A program made the translations under genes and the position numbers. A stretch of DNA of 64,000 nucleotides from positions 1-64,000 of the IMG/VR virus record IMGVR_UViG_3300032236_001457. One strand, given 5' to 3'. The stretch comes from a virus. The first letter of the stretch is position 1. The number at the start of each line of letters is the position of its first letter. The notes under the pieces are model-generated. The model saw only the letters and a program-made list of their open reading frames with translations, was not told the DNA's origin and ran no database searches. Positions 48,434 through 57,110 of this stretch are shown piece after piece.

Positions 48434-48786
48434 TTCATATTCCTTCCAATTTCAGCCGCGGCCCTGACGATGGCACGGCGGGTGGCGGCGTAGGGGTCGG
48501 TGCCGTACATGATTTTTCCAGTGCCTATGTAGCCTCCGTCAAACCAGCCGACCACGTAGTCGTCGTAATGCTTTATGTCGATCTTCAACTTCACCGCCAT
48601 CCTGAAGGCATCTCCATCGTCGGTCAGGGGTAGCCAAGCAAACGGTCGCCGGCTAGGCGTTGATGGGTCGCTGACATAAAGACAATTGTCCATCATGTCG
48701 TCCCAGCCAGAGATTCCATACCCCGCCGCCTTGGCAGCGTACTGGAGCAATTCATGGTCCAATTCTTGTATTCGTTCATTCATCAT
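48430..48786 (-). CDS. Chimeric hypothetical protein: MNERIQEL head plus GC-rich body
   Basis: ORF track; the body is visibly more GC-rich than its flanks. Confidence 0.75.
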   Translation of the reverse strand: MMNERIQELDHELLQYAAKAAGYGISGWDDMMDNCLYVSDPSTPSRRPFAWLPLTDDGDAFRMAVKLKIDIKHYDDYVVGWFDGGYIGTGKIMYGTDPYAATRRAIVRAAAEIGRNMK

Positions 48787-49049
48787 TTTCTTTCCCTAGT
48801 TTTTAACAACATCACTTGTTCTTCGGTGGCAAATTCACTAATAAAGACACTGCTGTATTCTTTGCCTAACACTTTGTTTAGTAGGCCTGGCCCTAGTCCG
48901 ATAAATTCATATCTATAGTTATCCAGTTCGACTATCATGTTTTTAGTATCAACACGAAGATTTTGATTGGTAGTAAGGGTATCTTTACATTGATTAAATT
49001 TATGTTTGGCTTGTTCGTGCGTATCACAAACAAATAGTGTGCTATTCAT
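48783..49049 (-). CDS. Hypothetical protein
   Basis: ORF track; ATGA-coupled. Confidence 0.65.
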   Translation of the reverse strand: MNSTLFVCDTHEQAKHKFNQCKDTLTTNQNLRVDTKNMIVELDNYRYEFIGLGPGLLNKVLGKEYSSVFISEFATEEQVMLLKTRERK

Positions 49050-49261
49050 CCGTCAACTCCGAAATGTTCTTTAATCGCATCAATCATCTTCTCGCAAGCA
49101 CGGTTATATCCAATAACAAAGTGTGTATCAGTTTTCGGTTCTCCTCTAACCTCTGAGGCAATGTCTAAAAATTCCCGAACAATTAACTGGGCGAACTTGA
49201 AATCATCATAGTGTGCTGAGCCATATACTTGTTCAGCAAGTTCTTTAATTCGTTCATTCAT
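49046..49261 (-). CDS. MNERI/HFGV-family micro-protein
   Basis: MNERIKELAEQ...KFAQLIVRE...EHFGVDG; start reassigned to 49261. Confidence 0.8.
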   Translation of the reverse strand: MNERIKELAEQVYGSAHYDDFKFAQLIVREFLDIASEVRGEPKTDTHFVIGYNRACEKMIDAIKEHFGVDG

Positions 49262-49484
49262 TGTTTGCCACACTATATCGTTCTGCCAGTCGGCGAATAG
49301 TGTCAATCCTTGGGCTTCCTAATGAATCATCATTGGTCAATTCGCTTAGAACATCGTAGACAATACACTTGTAGAATTTGGTCAGTTCTTCACGATTGAA
49401 AGTAAAAGATGCTGGAGGTTTGGGAAAGTCCCATTCTTTTTGACCGGCACAATCAATAGCAAGTTGTTCAAATAGTTCGTTCAC
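49254..49484 (-). CDS. Divergent MNERI-family micro-protein
   Basis: MNELFEQLA...ELTKF; first gene after a strong promoter. Confidence 0.65.
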   Translation of the reverse strand: MNELFEQLAIDCAGQKEWDFPKPPASFTFNREELTKFYKCIVYDVLSELTNDDSLGSPRIDTIRRLAERYSVANNE

Positions 49485-49516
49485 GATTCAATTCCGTTTT
49501 TACACTGTATGAATAC

Positions 49517-49545
49517 ATTATACAGACATTGCAGGGAATCGTCAA
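49517..49545 (-). promoter_or_regulatory. Strong sigma70-type early promoter TTGACG-N17-TATAAT
   Basis: Near-perfect consensus heading the MNERI array. Confidence 0.85.
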
Positions 49546-49568
49546 TCCGTTGTGGTTATACAACAATT

Positions 49569-49814
49569 TTAGGACCACCTCAACATAAACCACATAAATT
49601 TCTTTTCATCAACAATGCGGTAGTCTTCAATACTGTGGAGTTTGTGATTCAAATCAAGTTCTATGCCGTATTCAACTAGTATACGATGTATTTGAGCGTC
49701 AAGTCTTGCATTGCCCGTGACAAGTCGTGCTTCTGGTGTAAGAGTGACTGGAACATGACGCCCAAATTCACTGTATTCTCGACTTAATATTGTTTGTAAT
49801 TCGCAAGGCTTCAT
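49569..49814 (-). CDS. LRWS-tail micro-protein
   Basis: Ends FMWFMLRWS; start reassigned to the ATGA overlap. Confidence 0.7.
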   Translation of the reverse strand: MKPCELQTILSREYSEFGRHVPVTLTPEARLVTGNARLDAQIHRILVEYGIELDLNHKLHSIEDYRIVDEKKFMWFMLRWS

Positions 49815-50017
49815 GACCACCTCAATATGAACCAAGCATAATCACGATCATTGTCAAAATGAAACAGCATCTCTTGAGCCATAATACGAAATCCCCATCT
49901 AAACTGGTCGCCTACACTGTATAGGTCAGGAGCCATTTGTCCAAATTGTTGATCGCACCAATCCAGCATTTTACTCACTACATACGGATTCATACACTGA
50001 AATTTAGCTTCAATCAC
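49811..50017 (-). CDS. LRWS-tail micro-protein
   Basis: WC..QFG...F.F....D.AWFILRWS; GTGA overlap start. Confidence 0.7.
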   Translation of the reverse strand: MIEAKFQCMNPYVVSKMLDWCDQQFGQMAPDLYSVGDQFRWGFRIMAQEMLFHFDNDRDYAWFILRWS

Positions 50018-50196
50018 GACCACCTCAAAGAAAACATTAACGCATCTTTTTCGTCGCTAAAATGATAATCAACCTTAGTATGATCATATGTATTGTATCC
50101 ATCCATGTGCATATCGTTAGTAATATAACTTGAACAATATTTTTTAGCCCAATGCAATGGTTCCCAAAATGGATCGTAAGGTATGGTAACTGTCAT
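50014..50196 (-). CDS. LRWS-tail micro-protein
   Basis: Ends FSDEKDALMFSLRWS; ATGA overlap start. Confidence 0.7.
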   Translation of the reverse strand: MTVTIPYDPFWEPLHWAKKYCSSYITNDMHMDGYNTYDHTKVDYHFSDEKDALMFSLRWS

Positions 50197-50411
50197 GACC
50201 ACCTCAATATAAACCACGCACAGTCAGGTTCATTGCGAAATTTGAAAACACCCTCGCCATCATAATGCCAGCTAGAGTCCAGGGTGTAACCAAACTGTTT
50301 CTCGCACCATTCTATACAGGGTGTCCAACCTTCATACATTTCTCCTCTTGGAGGAACCGTTGTAATCGGTGCCGGCACACTGGCCACATACCATCCATCG
50401 TAGGTCTGCAT
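50193..50411 (-). CDS. LRWS-tail micro-protein
   Basis: WCEKQFG...FKFRNEPDCAWFILRWS. Confidence 0.7.
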   Translation of the reverse strand: MQTYDGWYVASVPAPITTVPPRGEMYEGWTPCIEWCEKQFGYTLDSSWHYDGEGVFKFRNEPDCAWFILRWS

Positions 50412-50506
50412 TTTAACAAAGACCGAATGTAGAGTGGGTGATTAAGTAATGGGCACTGATGATCATCACAATGATGCCAAACAGTTGGATGATTCGATCC
50501 ATGTGA

Positions 50507-50716
50507 TTATTTTTCATTACTGGGCAATCCAAAATGTTGTCGAATTTCTCTTGCGGTGCCTCCGCCGGTCATTTTGCTTTCGGCAATTTTGACACATTCA
50601 ATAGCAATCGACTCAGCGAATTCTCGCATCTGCTCAAAAGTGTATCCGTGGAGATCGCCTCGTTCTGGATCATACCCTAGCCATTCTTGAGCGGGTAGTT
50701 TAATTCTTTCGTTCAC
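50507..50716 (-). CDS. MNERI/HFG-family micro-protein
   Basis: MNERIKL...EFAESIAIECVKIA...IRQHFG. Confidence 0.7.
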   Translation of the reverse strand: MNERIKLPAQEWLGYDPERGDLHGYTFEQMREFAESIAIECVKIAESKMTGGGTAREIRQHFGLPSNEK

Positions 50717-50795
50717 TCAATACCCCCAAGATAGTATACCACCACACCCGCTCCAATAGTAATTGTCGCAACCAATTAATTGAATAGGATAAAAT

Positions 50796-51002
50796 TCAAT
50801 CACCTTTACCAACCCACATATGAGCTACTTCTTCAAAGTCAAAGATTTCTCCTGCTTGTCGATAACGATCTTCACATGGTCCGCAGACAGTTTGATACAC
50901 GATGGCTCGCTCGCCATAACGATCTGTGCCTTTGGTCATAATATGATAAGCGTGTGGAAAGTCAAATACCTCATGACCGCAACTCAGTATAATTCTGCTC
51001 AT
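50796..51002 (-). CDS. Small Zn-binding-like protein (CGH...C..C)
   Basis: ORF track. Confidence 0.65.
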   Translation of the reverse strand: MSRIILSCGHEVFDFPHAYHIMTKGTDRYGERAIVYQTVCGPCEDRYRQAGEIFDFEEVAHMWVGKGD

Positions 51003-51136
51003 TACCGATCCTTGGTATCCTTTGTTTCTTCAACTTGCGTTTCAAACCTAGGTTCGATATATCGATCCCAAACCTTTTGGCCACTGTTCCAACCAAATAC
51101 TGAGAAAAACCCAAATAGTATAGCACCCCAGATCAT
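51002..51136 (-). CDS. Small membrane peptide (MIWGAILFGFFSVFGW...)
   Basis: ORF track; start taken at the ATGA overlap with 51133..51342. Confidence 0.55.
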   Translation of the reverse strand: MIWGAILFGFFSVFGWNSGQKVWDRYIEPRFETQVEETKDTKDR

Positions 51137-51342
51137 AGTGGTCTCGTATAAAAGTCTTTGATTTCCTGTGCCACTTGGCGGCCATTGCCATCTGACAGTA
51201 GTGCAATTCCTATGCAATCTTCAATGATCAACCGAGCAAAGCGTGTTAATTCTTTTTCGTAAGCCATTATTGGTTTACCGTGTTCAAATCCAGCAGATGC
51301 GAATCCTGATTCAAACGCTAGTTCTTTAATTCTTTCGTGCAT
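51133..51342 (-). CDS. MNERI-family micro-protein
   Basis: MHERIKELAFESG...RFARLIIEDCI. Confidence 0.7.
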   Translation of the reverse strand: MHERIKELAFESGFASAGFEHGKPIMAYEKELTRFARLIIEDCIGIALLSDGNGRQVAQEIKDFYTRPL

Positions 51343-51674
51343 GATTCCTCTCCTTTAAGAATACTCATTATTTGACGATTGCGTTCATCTTGTTCTTTAC
51401 GCTCACGAGTCTTGTCGTGTTTAACGCCAAACACCATACGATCGTATTGTCGAGCCCATTGAATACCCCTAAGCCATAGTTCGAGTTGGTCAATGGTGCC
51501 TAAAAATAATTCAGCATCGCGACTGTATACAGGGAGACTATTTTGATCTTTTGGTTTAAGGGCAAGAACATCTTGTCCGTAACTACCAAATTTACTGTGA
51601 CAGAACATGAGACCCAATTCATCACATTCTCGCTCAAGACGACGAATTTTAAGAACTGCTTCGTATCCGCTCAT
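51318..51674 (-). CDS. Hypothetical protein
   Basis: ORF track. Confidence 0.7.
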   Translation of the reverse strand: MSGYEAVLKIRRLERECDELGLMFCHSKFGSYGQDVLALKPKDQNSLPVYSRDAELFLGTIDQLELWLRGIQWARQYDRMVFGVKHDKTRERKEQDERNRQIMSILKGEESCTKELKN

Positions 51675-52090
51675 TTTACAACCTTAGCAATTTGTTTATA
51701 ACCTGCCCAACTGGGGTGAATACCATCACTTTCTGCACGGGCAATTGGGATTACCGTATCACCGTGTAGTGCAGCAATTACCTTAATTATACGCTGAACC
51801 TCTTCAACGGGCAAGCCTCCCTTAGGATTGTTGCCCTTTGGCAACACCCAGAACACACGACTGGCCTGAACCTTTTCCCGCAACCGTTCTAATTCTGCTT
51901 GAGTTTGAATACCTTTATGATCATTGCTGCCCAAACTGATAATCACAGTGCCGGCAGTGAGGTCGTATTTGAGATAATCTCGATTCCATTGTGCTGTATT
52001 CCAGCCGGTCTTGCTGAGGGATTCACAGGGAGCCACATGATGGTATAGGCCTACAGCAATGCTATCGCCTAACAATAAACATTCAAACAT
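51671..52090 (-). CDS. SGNH/GDSL hydrolase
   Basis: GDSI, GSND and DGIHP blocks. Confidence 0.85.
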   Translation of the reverse strand: MFECLLLGDSIAVGLYHHVAPCESLSKTGWNTAQWNRDYLKYDLTAGTVIISLGSNDHKGIQTQAELERLREKVQASRVFWVLPKGNNPKGGLPVEEVQRIIKVIAALHGDTVIPIARAESDGIHPSWAGYKQIAKVVK

Positions 52091-52097
52091 TTTATTT

Positions 52098-52694
52098 CTA
52101 TACTACTGGATCAGTTATGACTAGGGAATCGCCGCGTTTCATAATATTACTTAGATTCAAATCATCGTCGCCGTTGTAACTACTTAGATCTAGAATGGTT
52201 TCAAAAGCGGCCAAAAGATCAGGCCAATGTTCTTTTAAAAAGTCCTCATTCTCTGGCCAAAATATTTCTTCCCAACTCCTGCTGTTTAATTCAGGATCTA
52301 TATATTTGGCAAAAACAGGATCTGTTTTTGAGTTAAATGGCGTTAATCTTTCCATTCTAACTGCATAGGCTGTGGGACTTATACGCCACATCTTACCATA
52401 TACTCTAGGCAAAAATGGATTTTTTTGATTGGCCACAACATACTTGAGCCAATCTACACCCCCGGTGTGTTCAGTAAATACTTTAAGAACATACTCATAT
52501 TTTGGATTAGAGTATACTAGAGAGAACATACCACTACCCAACAGCGTCCAACCAAGTTTTTCTAAATGAGTTGATAAATTCTCTTGTTCCTTTTTTCCAT
52601 AGAATTTATCATTTAATCCAGGATCGCTGCCAAGTTGTTGTGCAGCCTGAAAAGCAGGATGTTGTTTATAGCCAGTTAGTTCATTTATTCTCAT
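52098..52694 (-). CDS. Protein kinase-like protein (T7 gp0.7-like) with MRINEL leader
   Basis: LGSGMFSLVY, VLKV, ME.L, DLNLSNIM, LVITDP; ATAAATA at 52700-52706. Confidence 0.75.
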   Translation of the reverse strand: MRINELTGYKQHPAFQAAQQLGSDPGLNDKFYGKKEQENLSTHLEKLGWTLLGSGMFSLVYSNPKYEYVLKVFTEHTGGVDWLKYVVANQKNPFLPRVYGKMWRISPTAYAVRMERLTPFNSKTDPVFAKYIDPELNSRSWEEIFWPENEDFLKEHWPDLLAAFETILDLSSYNGDDDLNLSNIMKRGDSLVITDPVV

Positions 52695-52717
52695 GTAATT
52701 ATTTATTTCGATAAGAT

Positions 52718-53359
52718 CTATTGTTCCATTAGATCATTGACAAAATTCAATAATAACTCATGATGCCGAAACTCATGCCAATGTTCTTTCATGTAAGGTT
52801 GGCGATACCATGATAGCGATGATTCCGGATGACACCCAATTAGACCAATACGGTTTTGAATGATTGCCATTGGATCACCGTTGGCATAGGTGGCAATGGT
52901 TTTTTGTTTATGTGGTTTACTGACAAAAGCACACCCATCGTAGAAATACATGGTCTCTGGATTGCCATTCCAGGTCACTTCGGCTACAGTAGCATAACTG
53001 CGTTTGATTTCGGTGTTGGGTCGTTTGATATACTGAACTGCTTTAACGCCATCTAATAGATCAAAGTAGTAATGACCTGCCCAGTATGCTCCCATACAGA
53101 TACCGAGGTATCTGCCACCTCCTGCGAGATATTCTTTAACTGTATCAACACGATCTTCGAGCAGTTCTTCAAATGATCCACTATTGCCTATACCGCCCGG
53201 GAAGGCAATAATGTCGGCTTTTTTAAGAGTTTTTTTATTAAGGTCGTGGCGAGTAAAAATACGAATATCATAGACTTCAGACAGCGCCTCATACATACCA
53301 GCACAGCAGATAACTGAGCATTCTGGATCGTTGAGGAATATTGCTATCTTAGGTTTCAT
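52718..53359 (-). CDS. BPL_N/class I glutamine amidotransferase-like protein
   Basis: FPGG, GGRYLGICMGAY, GCHPE. Confidence 0.8.
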   Translation of the reverse strand: MKPKIAIFLNDPECSVICCAGMYEALSEVYDIRIFTRHDLNKKTLKKADIIAFPGGIGNSGSFEELLEDRVDTVKEYLAGGGRYLGICMGAYWAGHYYFDLLDGVKAVQYIKRPNTEIKRSYATVAEVTWNGNPETMYFYDGCAFVSKPHKQKTIATYANGDPMAIIQNRIGLIGCHPESSLSWYRQPYMKEHWHEFRHHELLLNFVNDLMEQ

Positions 53360-53564
53360 TCTTGTTTTTTAGTCTATTAATTTCTAATTTAAGTCTTTCG
53401 CAATCATGTTTATAGCTTTCGCTAAGATTACGATATAGTTCTAAATCTTTTCTAACCTGTTGATCAACTTCATAAAATGTTTTATTGTATTGATCAGCAA
53501 GTCGTTGGGTTCTCATGGTAACTCCAACTAAGATACCTGCTATAAAAAATATAAGTTCTAACAT
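53349..53564 (-). CDS. Small membrane-anchored coiled-coil protein
   Basis: ORF track. Confidence 0.6.
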   Translation of the reverse strand: MLELIFFIAGILVGVTMRTQRLADQYNKTFYEVDQQVRKDLELYRNLSESYKHDCERLKLEINRLKNKNET

Positions 53565-53806
53565 TCTTTATCTTGATCGTATTGTTTAACCCATCTATAC
53601 AGCGGTTCCATTTCTTTTTGGAAAACACGTGGAGCCAAGTTAGCGGTCTCCTGCATTTCCCATTCGGAAGGAAAATGTCTAAGACAGCGTCTTGCCTCTA
53701 ATCTTAGGACCGCCGGCACTCTTGGCGTTTGCTTTGGATCCATCAATTTAGTTAGCAAATGACGGGCCATTGTGATGGAAAGGTATCGTTCATCTGGTAA
53801 TGTCAT
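53558..53806 (-). CDS. Hypothetical phage protein (MTLPDER...CLRHFP)
   Basis: ORF track; start may be 53836. Confidence 0.65.
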   Translation of the reverse strand: MTLPDERYLSITMARHLLTKLMDPKQTPRVPAVLRLEARRCLRHFPSEWEMQETANLAPRVFQKEMEPLYRWVKQYDQDKEC

Positions 53807-53832
53807 GATCTGTCTCTTTCTATTTAAACTGG

Positions 53833-55014
53833 TCACTTGAACACTTTGAGAATAACTACATCCTCGTTAAGACGGCCAGTTAGCACAGTCTCAGTAGTTT
53901 TAATACGACTAAACCAAGTCTCTACTCGTTTCTGTGTATTCTGTTCTTTAAACTCTTTAAGCTCTACTAATGGCTTACGCAGAGTCTTCTGGAAACTCTT
54001 TTCTGTAAAGTTGGTAATAGTAGTGCCTTTAATCCCAAAGCCTTCGGAATTTGTAGCATAATACAGTCCCAACTTGCGAGTTTTGCTGTTAAACACAATA
54101 GCTGACTGCGCTCGAATCAATTGTGCAGGTGGCACACTGGTAATGCCCAGTTTGTCATCGCTGACTTTGAATTTAACACGCTTAACCAACTCCTCCGCAG
54201 GCTTGACCTTACGAGCACGAGGCTTCTTAATAACTTTGGCCTCTGCGGCAATTTGGTCACAAGCGGTAAGCACAGACTGATAAAACTCAATCAATTTGCG
54301 TACATTCTTACGGGTATGACGGCTATAGGCCTCGCGCAGTTGTTCGTCAGCATTACCACTGGCCAGTTCCGTCAGTTCATCATGCCCACGCTGGAAGAAA
54401 CTTTTAATATAGCGGGCCTGTTGGGCCTTACAGCCTTTACCTCTCAGCATATTAAGCACTTTGTATGCTTTGGGATCAAATGCTTCGCTATCCACAATCC
54501 AACTGTCAATAGTGTAGTCAATATCCTCACTGATCTTCACGGCCTGGTCTCGGATCTTTTCTTGGATAGTGGGTTCTGGTGCTGCCACCTTTTTAACTTC
54601 AGCAACCGGCACTTCATCCTCCTGCCCTGCAGAGACCACATCGGCAATAGCATTGCGGAGCCACTCTGCGGTATTGCGACCACCGTTAAAGTCCGGGCGG
54701 GATTCTGGCATACCACGAAGCAGGCAAGCGGCAATAGCCCCCATTACTACACTACACCGCCAATCTTTAGTGTCCTTAAATGCTCGAATTTGGTCACGGT
54801 CATAGTCGTTACGACCCATCCAATCGATCACCTTGCTTTTAAGTTCTCGCCCACTATGCTCCAGATTGTAATAACTCATCGCTTCGCGATAGCGGCGACC
54901 AAACTCAGCGCCGGTCCATTCTTCCGCACCTTCCCACTTAGGGCTACGGTCGCGTTTGGCTGCGGCACTGGCAGATTCTTTTGCGGCAATTTTACGAGTT
55001 TTAACTTCAGTCAT
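53833..55014 (-). CDS. Hypothetical phage protein (393 aa), probably early
   Basis: ORF track; directly behind a consensus sigma70 promoter. Confidence 0.8.
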   Translation of the reverse strand: MTEVKTRKIAAKESASAAAKRDRSPKWEGAEEWTGAEFGRRYREAMSYYNLEHSGRELKSKVIDWMGRNDYDRDQIRAFKDTKDWRCSVVMGAIAACLLRGMPESRPDFNGGRNTAEWLRNAIADVVSAGQEDEVPVAEVKKVAAPEPTIQEKIRDQAVKISEDIDYTIDSWIVDSEAFDPKAYKVLNMLRGKGCKAQQARYIKSFFQRGHDELTELASGNADEQLREAYSRHTRKNVRKLIEFYQSVLTACDQIAAEAKVIKKPRARKVKPAEELVKRVKFKVSDDKLGITSVPPAQLIRAQSAIVFNSKTRKLGLYYATNSEGFGIKGTTITNFTEKSFQKTLRKPLVELKEFKEQNTQKRVETWFSRIKTTETVLTGRLNEDVVILKVFK

Positions 55015-55045
55015 TTTGGGTCTCTGTTATTTAAACAATACATAC

Positions 55046-55074
55046 ATTATACGGCCAGATCTCGGCTGTGTCAA
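55046..55074 (-). promoter_or_regulatory. Perfect sigma70 promoter TTGACA-N17-TATAAT
   Basis: Exact consensus. Confidence 0.9.
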
Positions 55075-55094
55075 TGGGTGTGGCATTTTTGCGA

Positions 55095-55676
55095 TCAGCT
55101 GTCGCAGTCGTCGTAATCGACTAGTATCCAGCCAAGCCGTTTTAGGTCTGCTCGAATCTCTTCAGTAACACAACTTTCTCCGACAAACTGATTAGTAATG
55201 GCCAATCGTTGTTGCATCTCTTCAGTTATTTCTACTTCAGTGGTATCATACATCTCGCCTTTAATTCCACTGCAATACCAATCAATATAATCACCAGATT
55301 GCCGCATGTCAGCAACGATGCCGCCGGCATAACGCCAACTGCATGACCATTTATCATTTCGAAGAATAGGCATGACTTCTAATTTTTGGAACTCGTTATT
55401 ACACATGGCAGCATATAAATGCTGGGCATATACTTCACTTGCACGAACTTTGTTGAGAATCCAATCGGTGCTACGCAGATCGTATTCCATATTATCTTTT
55501 TTCCAGGCAGGATCTTGTTCTCTTTGTTCTGTCATGATCTTCACATTTTTATAGTATTGAATCATTTCCTGAGTATGAGTATCAGTATCTACATCAAGGC
55601 CTTTTTCTTTGGCTCGACGAATAATACCGTTTATACCAAAAGTTCCGCGATCTGGGCTGTTAGATAAGATCGACAT
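55095..55676 (-). CDS. Hypothetical phage protein
   Basis: ORF track; YAAMCNN, WSCSWR.AG, DY.DWYCSG. Confidence 0.75.
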   Translation of the reverse strand: MSILSNSPDRGTFGINGIIRRAKEKGLDVDTDTHTQEMIQYYKNVKIMTEQREQDPAWKKDNMEYDLRSTDWILNKVRASEVYAQHLYAAMCNNEFQKLEVMPILRNDKWSCSWRYAGGIVADMRQSGDYIDWYCSGIKGEMYDTTEVEITEEMQQRLAITNQFVGESCVTEEIRADLKRLGWILVDYDDCDS

Positions 55677-55679
55677 AAT

Positions 55680-56423
55680 TTAATCCCACAACCCTTGATA
55701 ATATTTTCCAAAAAGTTTTAGTCCGTTGTTAATACGATCTTGATGTGCCTTTAATCCTTCTTGATCGATTTTAACAGTATGATTAGGCCCATCTTTCATT
55801 TCATACATTGTAGGCTTGCCGTCCTCACCCCATGCAGTGGGAACGCTACGCAAGTCATACTCTCCTGTGTAGTATTGTTTTTCCCAATCACATTCAGGTT
55901 GTAATTGCTCAAATGTCCAAATTAATTCGTCCATGATCCAATCCCACCGAGCAAAATGGTTGCCATCGACATCGTATTCATTTTCTCTTGGTGGTGCTGC
56001 AGTGCTACGCAGGTGTTCTGGAACATCGTCATCATCGACCAGTGGAGCACCGTGTTTGGTAGCATGTAGTTGTTTCAGCATGGGCAGAATGATCATGCTC
56101 AGTGTAGAGTCCATGCCCCAAGTATCGTATCGATCAATACGGATTTTGACTTTGCGTTTGCGTTTGGATTCAATCCACAGTAAAAACCGATACAGTAGTG
56201 TATTGGGGCGATCCCGATCACGATTGAGAATGTCGATGCCTGTATGGAAATCTGGCTCAGGTTCTACGCTACCATGAGCCAGCCATTCTCCAAAGTTATG
56301 GACCCAGTCTGGTTTGCTTTCAATACCATATTTGTCCTTTACAGGCTTAGCCCAAAAGCATAGCTTTTCGGCAATTTGATATGGCCCAACCCAGGACTTA
56401 TGAGGTCCAATATAAACTTTCAC
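55680..56423 (-). CDS. Hypothetical phage protein
   Basis: ORF track. Confidence 0.75.
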   Translation of the reverse strand: MKVYIGPHKSWVGPYQIAEKLCFWAKPVKDKYGIESKPDWVHNFGEWLAHGSVEPEPDFHTGIDILNRDRDRPNTLLYRFLLWIESKRKRKVKIRIDRYDTWGMDSTLSMIILPMLKQLHATKHGAPLVDDDDVPEHLRSTAAPPRENEYDVDGNHFARWDWIMDELIWTFEQLQPECDWEKQYYTGEYDLRSVPTAWGEDGKPTMYEMKDGPNHTVKIDQEGLKAHQDRINNGLKLFGKYYQGLWD

Positions 56424-57106
56424 TCTTTTCTTCCGCCAAATAGTTGTAACAAACTTAGGAACAGGTTGATAAAATCCATATACAGTGTCAATGCACCCAT
56501 GATTTCCACACGATGATCATCATCATACATTAGCATTTCGCGAATCTTTTGGGTATCGTAAGCAGTCAACCCGGTAAAGATCACAATAGCCAGTGCGCTA
56601 ACCACCTGTGCCAGTGGGCCACTTTGCAAGAACATGTTAATTATACTGGCAATACAGATAGCAACCAACCCCACAAACATCCATTTTCCAATGCTGTCCA
56701 AACTGCGTTTAGTGAAGTATCCATAAAAACTCATCACACCGAACAGCACAGCAGCACTCATAAATGCACCGGCAATACTGCCCATTTGGTAGACAGCAAA
56801 AATTACAGAAAAACTCAGTCCCATAGCTGCCGCAAATACATGTAGCAGTAATGGTGCCATGGTCTTGCCAGCATTACTCAGTGCCCAAGGCACAACAAAT
56901 GCCAGAACCAATGGAAGAAACATCACAATCCATTTCATTACGCCGGTAAAGAAAAAGGCGAGTAGTGATGGACTGGTTCCTACAAAGTAACTGACAATCA
57001 TACTGGTCACTACTGCCAATCCCATGTGGCCATACACACGAGCCATAGCGGTATTGATTGCTTCGGCTCCTCTATAACTACTTCCGTAATAACTGGTTCC
57101 GTACAT
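56420..57106 (-). CDS. Bax inhibitor-1/YccA family membrane protein
   Basis: About 7 TMs; AYDTQKI, ALTLYMDFINLFL.LL. Confidence 0.9.
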   Translation of the reverse strand: MYGTSYYGSSYRGAEAINTAMARVYGHMGLAVVTSMIVSYFVGTSPSLLAFFFTGVMKWIVMFLPLVLAFVVPWALSNAGKTMAPLLLHVFAAAMGLSFSVIFAVYQMGSIAGAFMSAAVLFGVMSFYGYFTKRSLDSIGKWMFVGLVAICIASIINMFLQSGPLAQVVSALAIVIFTGLTAYDTQKIREMLMYDDDHRVEIMGALTLYMDFINLFLSLLQLFGGRKE

Positions 57107-57110
57107 GGTA

